64,000 bases of DNA, from assembly GCA_965261595.1 (NCBI GenBank), contig CBDHDG010000005.1:576001-640000 (forward strand). The letters are read 5' to 3'. Position numbers and translations under genes: made by a program. The stretch comes from a bacterium (GTDB taxonomy: Bacteria > UBA8248 > JACPRG01 > G963555815). Below, one piece after another: positions 31,232-41,616 of this stretch. The notes beneath the pieces are model-generated. The model had not been told where the DNA came from and searched no databases. It saw nothing but the letters and a program-made list of their open reading frames with translations. The first letter of the stretch is position 1. Each line of letters opens with the position of its first letter.

Positions 31232-33424
31232 ATGCCGAAGATCAAGCTCCTTCTTTTTTTCCCCCTCGTCATCGCGGTCGGCGTGGGGACGGCCGTGGGC
31301 CTGTTGTTCGCCCAGTTCGAGGGCCTCCCCGAGGTTCACGACCTCGAGCGCTACCGCCCCAGCACGATCACCAGGATCTACGACCGCCGGGACGCCCTGC
31401 TGGCCGAATTCTACATCGAGCGGCGCATCCTGGTTCCGTTCCACCGCATCCCCAAAAACCTGATTCAGGCCACCCTCGCCATTGAGGATAACAAGTTTTA
31501 CAGCCACTTTGGAATCGACTTCAAGGGCCTCCTCCGCGCCCTGTATCAGAACATACGGGCCGGGCGGGTGGTTCAAGGGGGGAGCACGATCACCCAGCAG
31601 CTCGCCAAAGTCCTGTTCCTCACCTCGGAGCGCAGCCTCAGCCGGAAGATGAAAGAGGCCCTGCTGGCCCTGCGCATCGAGCGGACGTACAGCAAGGAGG
31701 AGATCCTCGCCCTGTACTTCAATCAGATCTATCTGGGGAGCGGGGCTTACGGTGTCGAGGCGGCCGCACAGACGTATTTTGACAAAGGGGTGGCCAATCT
31801 CACCCTGGCGGAGGCCGCCCTGCTGGCCGCCCTGCCCAAGGCTCCCTCCTTCCTTTCCCCGCTCCGCTATCCGGAACGCGCCCGCAAGCGAAGGAACCTG
31901 GTTCTCAGCCGGATGCAGCGGCTGGGTTTCGTCTCGGCGGGCGCGGCCCGCGAGGCGCGCATGTCGCCCCTCGGCGTCGCGGGCGGAAAATCGGTCGAGG
32001 CTTCGGCCCCTCACTTCGTCGAGCGCGTCCGGCGCGAGCTTCAGGAAATGTTCGGCAACCGGGACCTCTACCGCAAGGGCCTGCGGGTTTATACGACGCT
32101 TGACCTGGGGCTTCAACGAAGGGCCCGCGACGCCGTGATCAAGGGTCTGGAGGCGGTGGACCGGCGCAGGAGTTTCCGGAAGCCGACCGGCGCGGCGTCG
32201 CCCAAAGGAAAGGCCCCGTGGCCCGCTCCCGGAGCCCGGTTGATGGGCCGGGTGACCCGCAGGGACGGCAAGCGGATTTTCGGTCTCTTCGGCGGGCATC
32301 CGGCGAGCTTTGTCCTGGTGGACGCGGGACCGTGGAAACACCTTTCCGCCGGGATCCCCCTCCTTGTGGAGGTCGAGTCGGCCGACATCGCCGCCCGGCG
32401 CCTGACCGTGAAGCCGGTCGCCCCGGCCGAGGGTTCCCTGATCGCGCTGGACAACCGCACGGGCGCCGTTCGGGCGATGGTGGGCGGCCGGGATTTCGAG
32501 AAGAGCCAGTTCAACCGGGCCATCCAGGCGTTGCGCCAGCCGGGGTCCTCCTTCAAGCCCTTCATCTACGCGGCGGCCCTGAAAAAAGGGTTCAAGCCCA
32601 ACGACATCATCGTGGACGCGCCCGTTTCGTACTGGGACCCGTCCAGCAAGAAGATGTGGAAACCCACCAATTACGAGAAACGCTTCTTCGGCCGGGTGAC
32701 CCTTCAACGCTCGCTGGAGCACTCGATCAATGTGGCGACGATCCGGCTCCTGGAAAAGGTGGGGACGCGGCGGGTCAGCGGGCTGGTGAAGCGGCTCGGC
32801 ATCCTGAGCCCCATCGAGCCTTATCTTTCCATGGCGTTGGGGACGTCGGTGGTGAACCTGCTCGAGATGACCTCGGCCTACGCGACGATTGCCAACGGCG
32901 GGCTTCGGACCGTCCCCTATACGATTCAACGGGTCGAGACGGCCGACGGCAGAAACCTGTTCGAGCGGGAGGCCCGCATCACCCGAGCCCTGGACCCCGA
33001 GACCGCCTATCTTATGGCCCACATGCTGCGCGGCGTCGTCGAGCGGGGCACGGGCCGCAAGGCCAAGGTCCTCGACCGCCCCCTCGCGGGGAAGACGGGC
33101 ACCACGGACGAGTTCAAAGACGCCTGGTTCATCGGATTCTCGCCCGGCCTCGCCTTGGGCATATGGGTGGGGTTGGACACCAACGAGTCCTTGGGCCGGG
33201 GAGAGACGGGGGCGCGGGCCGCGCTCCCCATTTGGGTCGAAACCATGGGGGTCTGGATCCGAAATCACCCCGACGAGAAGTTCCCCATTCCGCGCGACAT
33301 CCGGCTGGTCGAGGTGGACAGCCGGACCGGACTCCTGGCCGCGCCTCCCTGCAAGCGGTTCGCTATCCGGATTGCGCTGAAGAAGGGGACCGAGCCCTCC
33401 CGCAAATGTGGACGGCCGCGATGA
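31232..33424 (+). CDS. mrcA: Penicillin-binding protein 1A (class A, transglycosylase/transpeptidase)
   Basis: EDNKFYSHFG, GGSTITQQL, RKMKE, SSFK, SIN and KTG motifs. Confidence 0.92.
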   Translation: MPKIKLLLFFPLVIAVGVGTAVGLLFAQFEGLPEVHDLERYRPSTITRIYDRRDALLAEFYIERRILVPFHRIPKNLIQATLAIEDNKFYSHFGIDFKGLLRALYQNIRAGRVVQGGSTITQQLAKVLFLTSERSLSRKMKEALLALRIERTYSKEEILALYFNQIYLGSGAYGVEAAAQTYFDKGVANLTLAEAALLAALPKAPSFLSPLRYPERARKRRNLVLSRMQRLGFVSAGAAREARMSPLGVAGGKSVEASAPHFVERVRRELQEMFGNRDLYRKGLRVYTTLDLGLQRRARDAVIKGLEAVDRRRSFRKPTGAASPKGKAPWPAPGARLMGRVTRRDGKRIFGLFGGHPASFVLVDAGPWKHLSAGIPLLVEVESADIAARRLTVKPVAPAEGSLIALDNRTGAVRAMVGGRDFEKSQFNRAIQALRQPGSSFKPFIYAAALKKGFKPNDIIVDAPVSYWDPSSKKMWKPTNYEKRFFGRVTLQRSLEHSINVATIRLLEKVGTRRVSGLVKRLGILSPIEPYLSMALGTSVVNLLEMTSAYATIANGGLRTVPYTIQRVETADGRNLFEREARITRALDPETAYLMAHMLRGVVERGTGRKAKVLDRPLAGKTGTTDEFKDAWFIGFSPGLALGIWVGLDTNESLGRGETGARAALPIWVETMGVWIRNHPDEKFPIPRDIRLVEVDSRTGLLAAPPCKRFAIRIALKKGTEPSRKCGRPR

Positions 33425-33704
33425 GCGCTCATCGCCGGAAAACCTGTCGCGGCCCCGGATTGAGGCGGATCGAGGGGGTTTCGCCCGGATGAGGATGTGC
33501 GTGCGCCTTTGAGATCTAAATTGAAGATGTTATCTAACTAACTGATTTATTTGGTTTAACATAATATTTTCGCTTTCATTTCATAAAAAAATGCTTGTCA
33601 GTCCCCTCCGCTTGTGGTACTTAAAGGTAACAACCCATTGATCCAACGGAGCCTAGCATTCGCTCTTGATGGACAACTGACCCCCGGGGACACTGCCCGT
33701 GCGA

Positions 33705-34100
33705 ATGAATGGAAAACCCAAAATTCTCATATTGGACCAATCGGTAAAATCCCGCGAAGCCATTCAGGAAATTCTGCTTCAGGATGAGTATGATACGGAA
33801 ACGGCGGAATCCGCCGAGGAGGGACTGGATCTCATCGCGTCCCGTCAGTTCGACGTTTTGGTGACCGATCTGCCTTTGTCTTCCATGGGAAGGTCCGGCT
33901 GGCTTCACAATGGCCCCCCGGAAGCGGCCGAGCTGCCGGTTGTCGCGATCGTTAGCGCGCAGGACCGCGGCAACGAGCCCGATCCCCTGCCCGATCAGGT
34001 GAAGGTCGTGCTCAGCACCCCCCTCCGCAAGGGCGAGCTGCTGGCCGCCGTTCGCGAGGCGCTCTGCATCGGCCCGGAGCACAGCCTCTTTTCTTCCTGA
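33705..34100 (+). CDS. Single-domain response regulator receiver, atypical
   Basis: KILILDQ...AESAEEGL...FDVLVTDLP...VAIVSA...STPLRKGELLAAVREAL. Confidence 0.7.
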   Translation: MNGKPKILILDQSVKSREAIQEILLQDEYDTETAESAEEGLDLIASRQFDVLVTDLPLSSMGRSGWLHNGPPEAAELPVVAIVSAQDRGNEPDPLPDQVKVVLSTPLRKGELLAAVREALCIGPEHSLFSS

Positions 34101-34256
34101 CGCCGATCGGCCGGTCTCATCGCTTGGGTGGGACGCTGCCGGATGCATTGCCCCCACCGTCAAGCACCGCGCCCATCCCGGCCCTCCATTTTCACGGCAA
34201 CCGAATCGGAATGACCTGCCGGCCCATGGGGTTCGCTCGGGGAAGGGAGACCCGCA

Positions 34257-35444
34257 ATGGAAAAGGCTGTCATCGTTGAAGCGGTCCGCACCCCCATCGG
34301 GCGGGACCGGGGCGCCCTGAAGAATTTCAATGTTGACGTCCTGGCCTCCCTGGTCCTGGCGGAGGTGGTGAAGCGCGCGGATTTCGATCCCGCAGCCTTG
34401 GACGACGTAATCTTCGGCGTCTCCAATCAGGTCGCCACGGCCAAGAACATCGCCCGCGTCGCCCTGCTGCGCGCCGGGTATCCCGTTTCCATCCCGGGGA
34501 CGACGGTGACGCGTCTTTGCGGCTCCGGCCTCCAGGCCATCAACTTCGCCGCCATGGCCATCGAGACCGGCCAGGCGGAGGTTGTCGTCGCGGGCGGGGC
34601 CGAGAGCATGACCCGCACCCCCTTCATCCTCGAAAAGATCCCGTCGCCTTACGCCCGGGGAGACCGGACGTTGATCGATGCCTTCTCCGGAACACTCTCC
34701 GCGCCCGACGGCATGCACGTCCCCAACAGCGTCACCGCCGAGAACGTGGCCGGCCGCTACGGCGTCTCCCGGGAGGACCAGGACCGGTTCGCCTACCATT
34801 CCCACATGCGGGCCAAGGCCGCCATCGAGGAAGGGCGCTTCAAGGAGGAGATCGTTCCCGTTGAAGTCCCCGCGGGGAAAAAGGGAGGGGACTTGGTCCT
34901 GTTCGATACGGATGAGCACGTCCGCTACGACACCACCTTGGAGAAGCTTGCGTCGCTGCGCCCCGCCTTTCAGGAGGGCGGCACCGTGACGGCCGGGAAT
35001 TGTTCGGGGATCAACGACGGCGCGGCGGCGGTCCTGATGATGAGCGCGGACCGGGCCGAGGCCGAGGGTTACACCCCCCTGGGACGGATCCGGGGAACCG
35101 GCGTGGCCGGCACCGAGCCGGATGTGATGGGCATCGGCCCCATCCACTCCACCCCGAAGGCCCTGCGGACGGCGGGCGCCGAGATGGGCGACATCGGTCT
35201 GGTCGAGCTGAACGAGGCCTTCGCCTCGCAGGCCCTGGCGTGCGCACAGGTTCTGGAGATCGACCTGGACCGGATGAACGTCAACGGCGGGGCCATCGGC
35301 CTCGGCCATCCCCTCGGGTGCACCGGCGCGCGGATGATGACCACCCTCCTCTACGAAATGAAGCGCCGGGGCGAGAACCTGGGCTTGGTGACCATGTGCA
35401 TCGGGGGCGGCCAGGGGATCTCCACGGTCGTCGAGCGGACCTGA
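34257..35444 (+). CDS. Thiolase (acetyl-CoA C-acyltransferase)
   Basis: RLCGSG, NEAFA, GHPLGCTG and MCIGGGQG. Confidence 0.95.
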   Translation: MEKAVIVEAVRTPIGRDRGALKNFNVDVLASLVLAEVVKRADFDPAALDDVIFGVSNQVATAKNIARVALLRAGYPVSIPGTTVTRLCGSGLQAINFAAMAIETGQAEVVVAGGAESMTRTPFILEKIPSPYARGDRTLIDAFSGTLSAPDGMHVPNSVTAENVAGRYGVSREDQDRFAYHSHMRAKAAIEEGRFKEEIVPVEVPAGKKGGDLVLFDTDEHVRYDTTLEKLASLRPAFQEGGTVTAGNCSGINDGAAAVLMMSADRAEAEGYTPLGRIRGTGVAGTEPDVMGIGPIHSTPKALRTAGAEMGDIGLVELNEAFASQALACAQVLEIDLDRMNVNGGAIGLGHPLGCTGARMMTTLLYEMKRRGENLGLVTMCIGGGQGISTVVERT

Positions 35445-35607
35445 TCCCCGGATTTTGCCGGGACCGGCTTTCGGTCGGGCGCGCGGCTCCGCCGTCCGTC
35501 CGGTTTCGGCTTGAAACCCCGCCCGCTCCGGCGTAACATGACCTTTGCCTGAAGACCCAGCTCCCCCCCCCTGCCAATCCGTCACATCGTTTTCGGAGTC
35601 CCAAGCC

Positions 35608-36168
35608 ATGGATTGGTCCCTGTTCAAGAGCATTCTCGAGGCCGTCGTGATTCTGGTCGTTCTGCCGGGCGCCGCGGTTCACCTGTTCCGGACGCAGCGA
35701 AGCCGTCTGGAGGCGCAGCGGCGCCTTCTCGAAGAAAAGGACGCCGCCCTGCGCGCGGCGGCGGGCGAGCTCGCGGCGATGAAGGACAAATTCCGCGCCT
35801 TCTCCGATGAAGTCGCCGCGCGGAACAAGCGGGCGTGGGTCCGGCTCCTCGATGAGGAGTCCGCAACCGTCCAAGCCGCTCAACAAAAATGCGGCCAGGT
35901 CCTTCAGGAGCGATTCGAAGGATTCACCGGCAAGCTGGACGCGGTCCAGCGCGAGTTGGACGGGTTTCAGAATTCCCTGTTGGAGACCTTTGGGGGTTTT
36001 TACGATCAGCGCAAGAAAAACCTGGAGGGGAAGGAGATCCTCCCGTTCGACGTGTCCGAGTGGACGGCCGACATGGAGACCGAATACAGGGAAGGGACAA
36101 CCGGCGAAGTGATCCCCTTTCCCGGCAAACGATCGACCCGTCCGGACGGAGGCGCCGACAAAGACTGA
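35608..36168 (+). CDS. Hypothetical membrane-anchored coiled-coil protein
   Basis: N-terminal hydrophobic segment followed by a long heptad-rich helix; codon usage like neighbouring genes. Confidence 0.65.
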   Translation: MDWSLFKSILEAVVILVVLPGAAVHLFRTQRSRLEAQRRLLEEKDAALRAAAGELAAMKDKFRAFSDEVAARNKRAWVRLLDEESATVQAAQQKCGQVLQERFEGFTGKLDAVQRELDGFQNSLLETFGGFYDQRKKNLEGKEILPFDVSEWTADMETEYREGTTGEVIPFPGKRSTRPDGGADKD

Positions 36169-36362
36169 GCGCCCCTTCCCGCACCGCCCGGCGGGGTGAA
36201 GGGCCGGGCGGTCCGGAGGCGGCCCTGAGCGGACCTCGTCTTGTCCCATTCCCCGGCGTCCCGGGAATCCGGCCGGGGGATGTCCGGGACCTTCCCTTCC
36301 GTGACATGGACAACCCTTTGATTGACTGGTAGTTTCGCCTGGAGCGGCATTTCCGCGAAGGG

Positions 36363-37331
36363 GTGTTGGGTATGGTGTTGGAGCGCGCGAGGAAGGTGTT
36401 CGAGACGGAGGCCCGGGCCATCACGGACCTGATCCCCCGGCTCGGGGAGGATTTCATCCGCGCTGTCGATCTCGTCCTGGCGTGCCGGGGCCGCATCGTG
36501 GTGAGCGGGATGGGAAAGTCCGGCATCATCGGGCGGAAGCTCGTCTCGAGCCTGGCCAGCATCGGGGTTCCGTCCTTGTTCCTTCACCCGGCCGAAGGGG
36601 CCCACGGGGACGCGGGGATGATGACGCGGGGCGATGTTGTCATCGCCCTGTCCAAAAGCGGCGAGACCGAGGAGCTCTTGAACCTCCTGTCCGCCGTCCG
36701 ACGGCTGGGCATCCCCCTCGTCAGCCTGACGGGGAACGTCCGCTCCTCCATCGCGCGCTGGAGCGAAGTCGTCCTGGACGTGGGCGTGGCCGAGGAGGCC
36801 TGCCCGCTGGATCTGGTTCCGACCTCCAGCACGGCGGCGGCGATGGCGATGGGCGACGCCCTGGTCATGGCCCTGCTGGAAAAGAAGGGCCTCCGCCCCG
36901 AGGATTTCGCCGTCTACCACCCCGGCGGCAGTCTGGGCAAGCGGCTCCTCCTCCAGGTGAAGGACCTGTCGCACGCGGGGGAGGAAATCCCCGCCGTGAA
37001 GCTGGACGCGCCGTTCAAGGACGTGATCTACGAGATCTCCTCCAAGCGGCTTGGGGTCACCACCGTGGCGGATGAAGCGGGACGCCTCGCCGGGATCGTT
37101 ACGGACGGCGACGTGCGCCGCGCCGTCGAGCGGCACGAAGACGTCTTGCTGACGCGGGCGGAGGACATCATGACCCGCGACCCCAAGGTCATCGACGAGA
37201 ACGTCCTGGCGGCCGAGGCCCTGCGTTTGATGGAGACGCACACCATCACCTCGGTCCTGACGACCGACGGCGACGGCCGGACCACCGGGATCATCCATCT
37301 GCACGACATTCTGAAGGCCGGGATACTCTGA
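36363..37331 (+). CDS. kdsD: Arabinose-5-phosphate isomerase (KdsD/GutQ)
   Basis: GMGKSG, HPAEGAHGDAG, PTSST, HPGGSLG and a CBS pair. Confidence 0.93.
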   Translation: MLGMVLERARKVFETEARAITDLIPRLGEDFIRAVDLVLACRGRIVVSGMGKSGIIGRKLVSSLASIGVPSLFLHPAEGAHGDAGMMTRGDVVIALSKSGETEELLNLLSAVRRLGIPLVSLTGNVRSSIARWSEVVLDVGVAEEACPLDLVPTSSTAAAMAMGDALVMALLEKKGLRPEDFAVYHPGGSLGKRLLLQVKDLSHAGEEIPAVKLDAPFKDVIYEISSKRLGVTTVADEAGRLAGIVTDGDVRRAVERHEDVLLTRAEDIMTRDPKVIDENVLAAEALRLMETHTITSVLTTDGDGRTTGIIHLHDILKAGIL

Positions 37332-37332
37332 C

Positions 37333-37863
37333 ATGGCGATTCCTCCCCAGGAAGCGGCACGCAAGATCAGACTCCTCATCCTCGACGTGGACGGGGTTCA
37401 GACGGATCGGGGCATTTACGTCTCCTCGGACGGCGCGTCGATGCGCCGGTACGACATCCGCGACGGCACCGGCGTCACCGTCGCCCTCGACGCCGGGCTC
37501 CATGTCGCCTTCATCAGCGGAAAGGGATCGCCCTCCATCCGCGCTCGCGCCGAGGAGCTGGGGGTGGAAGACGTTTACGAAAATATGCGAGACAAGACCC
37601 CGGCTTACGAGGAGCTCAAGGCCAAGCACGGTCTGGCCGATGAGGAGATCGCCTACGTGGCGGACGATGTGATCGACCTGCCCGTGATGCGGCGCGTCGG
37701 ACTGCCCGTCGCCGTGGCGGACGCGGCGGTGGAGGTCCTGGCCGCCGCGACCCGCGTGACGATCCGCCCGGGCGGACACGGCGCCGTCCGGGAGACCGTC
37801 GAGTTCATCCTGCACGCTCAGGGGAAGTGGAACGAGACCTTGAAGTCGCGCTTCGGGCTGTAG
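37333..37863 (+). CDS. kdsC: KDO 8-phosphate phosphatase
   Basis: LDVDGVQTD, DIRDG, DDVID and GGHGAVRE. Confidence 0.9.
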   Translation: MAIPPQEAARKIRLLILDVDGVQTDRGIYVSSDGASMRRYDIRDGTGVTVALDAGLHVAFISGKGSPSIRARAEELGVEDVYENMRDKTPAYEELKAKHGLADEEIAYVADDVIDLPVMRRVGLPVAVADAAVEVLAAATRVTIRPGGHGAVRETVEFILHAQGKWNETLKSRFGL

Positions 37864-37946
37864 GGAGCGCTTCGCGGGCGCCGTCGCCGGACGGGATGGA
37901 CCTCATCGGTTGCGCGCCCTTGGACGGTGGTTGAAGGACGGCAGGC

Positions 37947-39662
37947 ATGGGACCGACGAAGAAGGCCAAGACGGACCTGGAAGCCGCGCGCCGGGATTGG
38001 GAGGACCAAGTCCTCCGCGAGACCCTGGAGCGGCGCCCGGAGCGGCGCGAGGCGTTCCGGACGGAATCGGATATCCCCGTCGAGCGTCTGTACACCCCCG
38101 AGAGCGTTCCCGACCCGGACTACGTGGAGGAATCGGGGTTCCCCGGCCGGCCGCCCTTCACGCGCGGCATCCATCCGACGATGTACCGCGGCCGCCACTG
38201 GACGATGCGTCAGTACGCCGGCTACGCCACGGCGGAGGAGTCCAACCGCCGCTACAAGTACCTGCTCGATCAGGGGGGCGCGGGGCTGAGCGTCGCCTTC
38301 GACCTCCCCACGCAGATCGGCTACGACTCCGACCACCCCATGGCCGAGGGCGAGGTCGGGCGGGTCGGCGTGGCCATCGACAGCCTCCGGGACATGGAGA
38401 CGCTGTTCGACGGAATCCCCCTGGACCGCGTCAGCACGTCCATGACGATCAACGCCACGGCCGCTGTCCTGATGGCCCTCTACGTCGCCGTGGCCGAGAA
38501 GCAGGGCGTCCCGCCCGCCAATCTCCGGGGCACGGTCCAGAACGACATCCTCAAGGAATACATCGCCCGGGGGACGTACATCTATCCGCCCGAGCCTTCC
38601 CTGCGGATCATCACGGACATGTTCGCCTTTTGCGGCGAGCGCCTCGCCCGGTGGAGCCCCATCAGCGTCAGCGGCTACCACATGCGCGAGGCCGGATGCA
38701 CGGCGGTCCAGGAGGTGGCCTTCACCCTGGCCGACGGGATCGTCTACTTGGAAGCGGCCCAGCGGGCCGGACAGGACGCGGAGGACCTGGGAAGCCGTAT
38801 CTCGTTCTTCTTCGCCGCCCACAACGACCTGCTGGAGGAGGTGGCCAAGTTCCGGGCGGCCCGGCGTCTCTGGGCGCGGATCATGGAGGACCGCTTCGGC
38901 GTGAAATCCGATCGCGCGCGCATGCTCCGGTTCCACACCCAGACGGCCGGCGTGACGCTCACGGCCCAACAGCCGCTCAATAACGTGGTCCGCGTAACGG
39001 TCCAGGCCCTGGCGGCGGTCCTGGGCGGGACGCAGTCCCTTCACACCAACTCCTTCGACGAGGCCTTGGGCCTGCCCACGGAAGAGGCCGTCCGCCTGGC
39101 CCTGCGCACCCAGCAGGTTCTCGCCCACGAATCGGGCGTCACGGAGACGGTGGACCCGCTGGGCGGAAGCTACGCGGTCGAGTCCCTCACCCGAGAGATC
39201 GAGACCCGCGCCCGGGACTACATCGCCCGCATCGACGGGATGGGCGGGATGCTCCGGGCCATCGAGCGGGGTTGGGTCCAGCGGGAGATCCACGAGTCGG
39301 CCTACCTTCACCAGCGGGCGGTCGAGCGGGAGGAAAGCGTCGTTGTCGGCGTCAACGCCTATACGCAAGAGGCCGGGGACGTCGGGGGGGGGGAGGGGGG
39401 AGAGAACGGCGGGTCCGCGAACCGCCTCCGGATCGACCCGGCCATCGAGTCGGCCCAAAAGGAAAGACTCGCCTCCCTCCGAAAAGACCGGGACAACGCC
39501 CGGGTCGGGAAATCCCTCTCCGCCGTCGAGGAAACGGCGCGGGAAAGCGCCAACCTGATGCCCCCCATCCTGGACGCGGTCCGGGCGTACGCGACGGTCG
39601 GCGAGATCGCCGACGCCCTGCGCAATGTCTTCGGCGAGCATGAGGAGGTTACCAGCCTTTGA
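37947..39662 (+). CDS. Methylmalonyl-CoA mutase, large (substrate-binding) subunit; no B12-binding domain
   Basis: [19 protein letters not shown] (Tyr at the specificity position), [14 protein letters not shown] and LHTNSFDEA. Confidence 0.92.
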   Translation: MGPTKKAKTDLEAARRDWEDQVLRETLERRPERREAFRTESDIPVERLYTPESVPDPDYVEESGFPGRPPFTRGIHPTMYRGRHWTMRQYAGYATAEESNRRYKYLLDQGGAGLSVAFDLPTQIGYDSDHPMAEGEVGRVGVAIDSLRDMETLFDGIPLDRVSTSMTINATAAVLMALYVAVAEKQGVPPANLRGTVQNDILKEYIARGTYIYPPEPSLRIITDMFAFCGERLARWSPISVSGYHMREAGCTAVQEVAFTLADGIVYLEAAQRAGQDAEDLGSRISFFFAAHNDLLEEVAKFRAARRLWARIMEDRFGVKSDRARMLRFHTQTAGVTLTAQQPLNNVVRVTVQALAAVLGGTQSLHTNSFDEALGLPTEEAVRLALRTQQVLAHESGVTETVDPLGGSYAVESLTREIETRARDYIARIDGMGGMLRAIERGWVQREIHESAYLHQRAVEREESVVVGVNAYTQEAGDVGGGEGGENGGSANRLRIDPAIESAQKERLASLRKDRDNARVGKSLSAVEETARESANLMPPILDAVRAYATVGEIADALRNVFGEHEEVTSL

Positions 39663-39718
39663 AGATCCCGGGGGGGGACATTTTGAAAACTGTCCCCCCC
39701 CTCGAAAACTTTCATTGC

Positions 39719-39756
39719 GCGAAAAGGGGCGGCCCTTCAGGGCCGCCCCTTTTCGC
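39719..39756. terminator. Perfect 17-bp stem-loop downstream of the mutase gene
   Basis: GCGAAAAGGGGCGGCCC-TTCA-GGGCCGCCCCTTTTCGC. Confidence 0.6.
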
Positions 39757-39805
39757 AACTGATAGGCTTTCAGCGTCTGCCGTTTCGCCGCGTTAAAGGA
39801 CATGT

Positions 39806-39915
39806 AAAGGGGTCAAGTCTTTTTTTGATAGAAATGAGAAATGAGACCCAATTATCTTCATCCGCGTCTTGAATCTTCAAAAGGAAAATTAGTCAACAAA
39901 AGATTTGACCCCTTT
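39806..39915. mobile_element. MITE/REP-like element, copy 1 (110 bp, ~18-bp terminal inverted repeats)
   Basis: AAAGGGGTCAAGTCTTTT ... AAAAGATTTGACCCCTTT with an AT-rich core; near-identical to 42603-42705. Confidence 0.75.
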
Positions 39916-40093
39916 CTCTTCCCCAGGGGTTGGAGAAGTTCTAAAATGTGGCTCTTGGCTCTCATATATCTTGAACCCATGCATTCCCGTGAGAACGTGA
40001 ATGTGAGATTCCCGGAAAAGTCTTCAGAGAGGGTCTCCGGCCCTTTCGGGTCCGGTCTCGAACGGGCTGGAGGCCGGATGCTTTGGAGGTGCG

Positions 40094-41473
40094 ATGCCCT
40101 TCGATGACCCAAAGGATTTTTTGGCCTGTCTGGAGGCCGAAGGCGACCTGGTTCGGGTGACGTCCCCGGTGGATGTCCTGTACGAGATCTCCGCCTACAT
40201 CCGCAAGACGTCCGACGAGCAGGGCCCGGCGGTGCTTTTCGAGCGAGTCAAAGGGTTCGACATGCCGGTCGTCGGGGGGCTGTTCGCCGCGCGCCGCCGG
40301 GTCCTTCGGGCGCTGGAATATGCGCCCGGGGAGGCTCTTGAACGGTTCTATGAAGGAATCCGCTCCCCGATTGACCCGGTGGTGGTGGACGCGGGTCCTT
40401 GCCAGGAGGTTGTCTTTGAGGGAGACGAGGTCGATCTAACCCGGCTGCCGATCCCGAAGTATTCCCTTGAGGACGGCGGGGTCTTCATCACCCACGGCGT
40501 CCAGATCTCCAAGGACACCGAGACCGGGGGCAAGAACGCCGGGATCTACCGGATGCAGCTTAAGGGTCCTGACCGCCTGGGCATGTGGGTCGGAAAACAT
40601 CAGGATGGTTGCCTCCAAATCCTCAAAGCCGAGCGGAGGGGGGAGGCGCTGGAAGTGGCCGTTGCCCTGGGCGTGGACCCGGTCATCATGCTGGCCACGC
40701 AGGTCAAGGCGGATTACGGCGTCGATGAGCTGACCCTGGCGGGCGGGCTTCGGGGCAAGCCCGTCGAGGTTGTGCGATGCAGGACGGTGGACCTGGAGGT
40801 CCCGGCCACCAGCGAGATCGTCATCGAGGGGCGGGTGATCCCCAATTACCGGGAGGCGGAGGGCCCCTTCGGTGAGTTCTCCGGGTACTACGGCCCGGAA
40901 TCCGAGATGCCTGTTGTGGAAGTGACCGCCATCACCCACCGGAGTTCTCCCATTTTCCACGCGGGGCTCACCGGCCCGCCGATGACCGAGAACCACTTCC
41001 TCAAGCAGCTGCCCAACGAGGTCACGCTCTACCGGGAGCTGAGCGCCAAGTTTCCGGAGGTGAAGACCGTCACCTTTCCGGCCTCCGGTTGCTGCGAGTA
41101 TTCCTGCTATATCTCCATGACGCCGCGCTACAAGGGGCAGCCCCGGAACGTCATCCTGGCGGCCCTGGGCAGTGCCAGGCGGCCCAAGCTGGTGGTGGTG
41201 GTGGACGAGGACATCGACATCCACGATGACGTCAAGGTGCTCTGGGCCGCCACCACGCGGGTTCAGGCGGACCGGGATGTGGTCATCGTGCCCGGTATGG
41301 GGTCCGGCCCCCTGGATCCGTCAGCGTCTGAGGAGGCTTACTCCGCCGTGATGGGGATCGACGCCACCCGTCCCTTCGGGCAGCCTTTTCCCCAGGTCCC
41401 CGTGGTGCCGGGGGTGGAAAGGGTCCCTGACCTCTCGACGCTCATCCGGAAGCCGGGGGGCGTGACAGTCTGA
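40094..41473 (+). CDS. UbiD-family (prFMN-dependent) decarboxylase
   Basis: PAVLFERVKG, NAGIYRMQ, EIVIEG, EGPFGEFSGYY, VVDEDIDI and GIDAT. Confidence 0.92.
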   Translation: MPFDDPKDFLACLEAEGDLVRVTSPVDVLYEISAYIRKTSDEQGPAVLFERVKGFDMPVVGGLFAARRRVLRALEYAPGEALERFYEGIRSPIDPVVVDAGPCQEVVFEGDEVDLTRLPIPKYSLEDGGVFITHGVQISKDTETGGKNAGIYRMQLKGPDRLGMWVGKHQDGCLQILKAERRGEALEVAVALGVDPVIMLATQVKADYGVDELTLAGGLRGKPVEVVRCRTVDLEVPATSEIVIEGRVIPNYREAEGPFGEFSGYYGPESEMPVVEVTAITHRSSPIFHAGLTGPPMTENHFLKQLPNEVTLYRELSAKFPEVKTVTFPASGCCEYSCYISMTPRYKGQPRNVILAALGSARRPKLVVVVDEDIDIHDDVKVLWAATTRVQADRDVVIVPGMGSGPLDPSASEEAYSAVMGIDATRPFGQPFPQVPVVPGVERVPDLSTLIRKPGGVTV

Positions 41474-41616
41474 TGCCCCTTTTCGCAATCAAAAAAAGAA
41501 TGCGAAAGGAATGGGGTCAGGTCGTACATCCCAACATCCGGGATATAGCAAGATAGGGCCAAGTCTTGAGATCTAAGCTTCACGATTGAATCCGGTTCCA
41601 CGAAGGGTAGAGTCCC

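Noticed and set aside
37864..37946. Cobalamin riboswitch before the mutase gene
   Set aside because: The gap is only about 80 bp and has no B12-box-like sequence.
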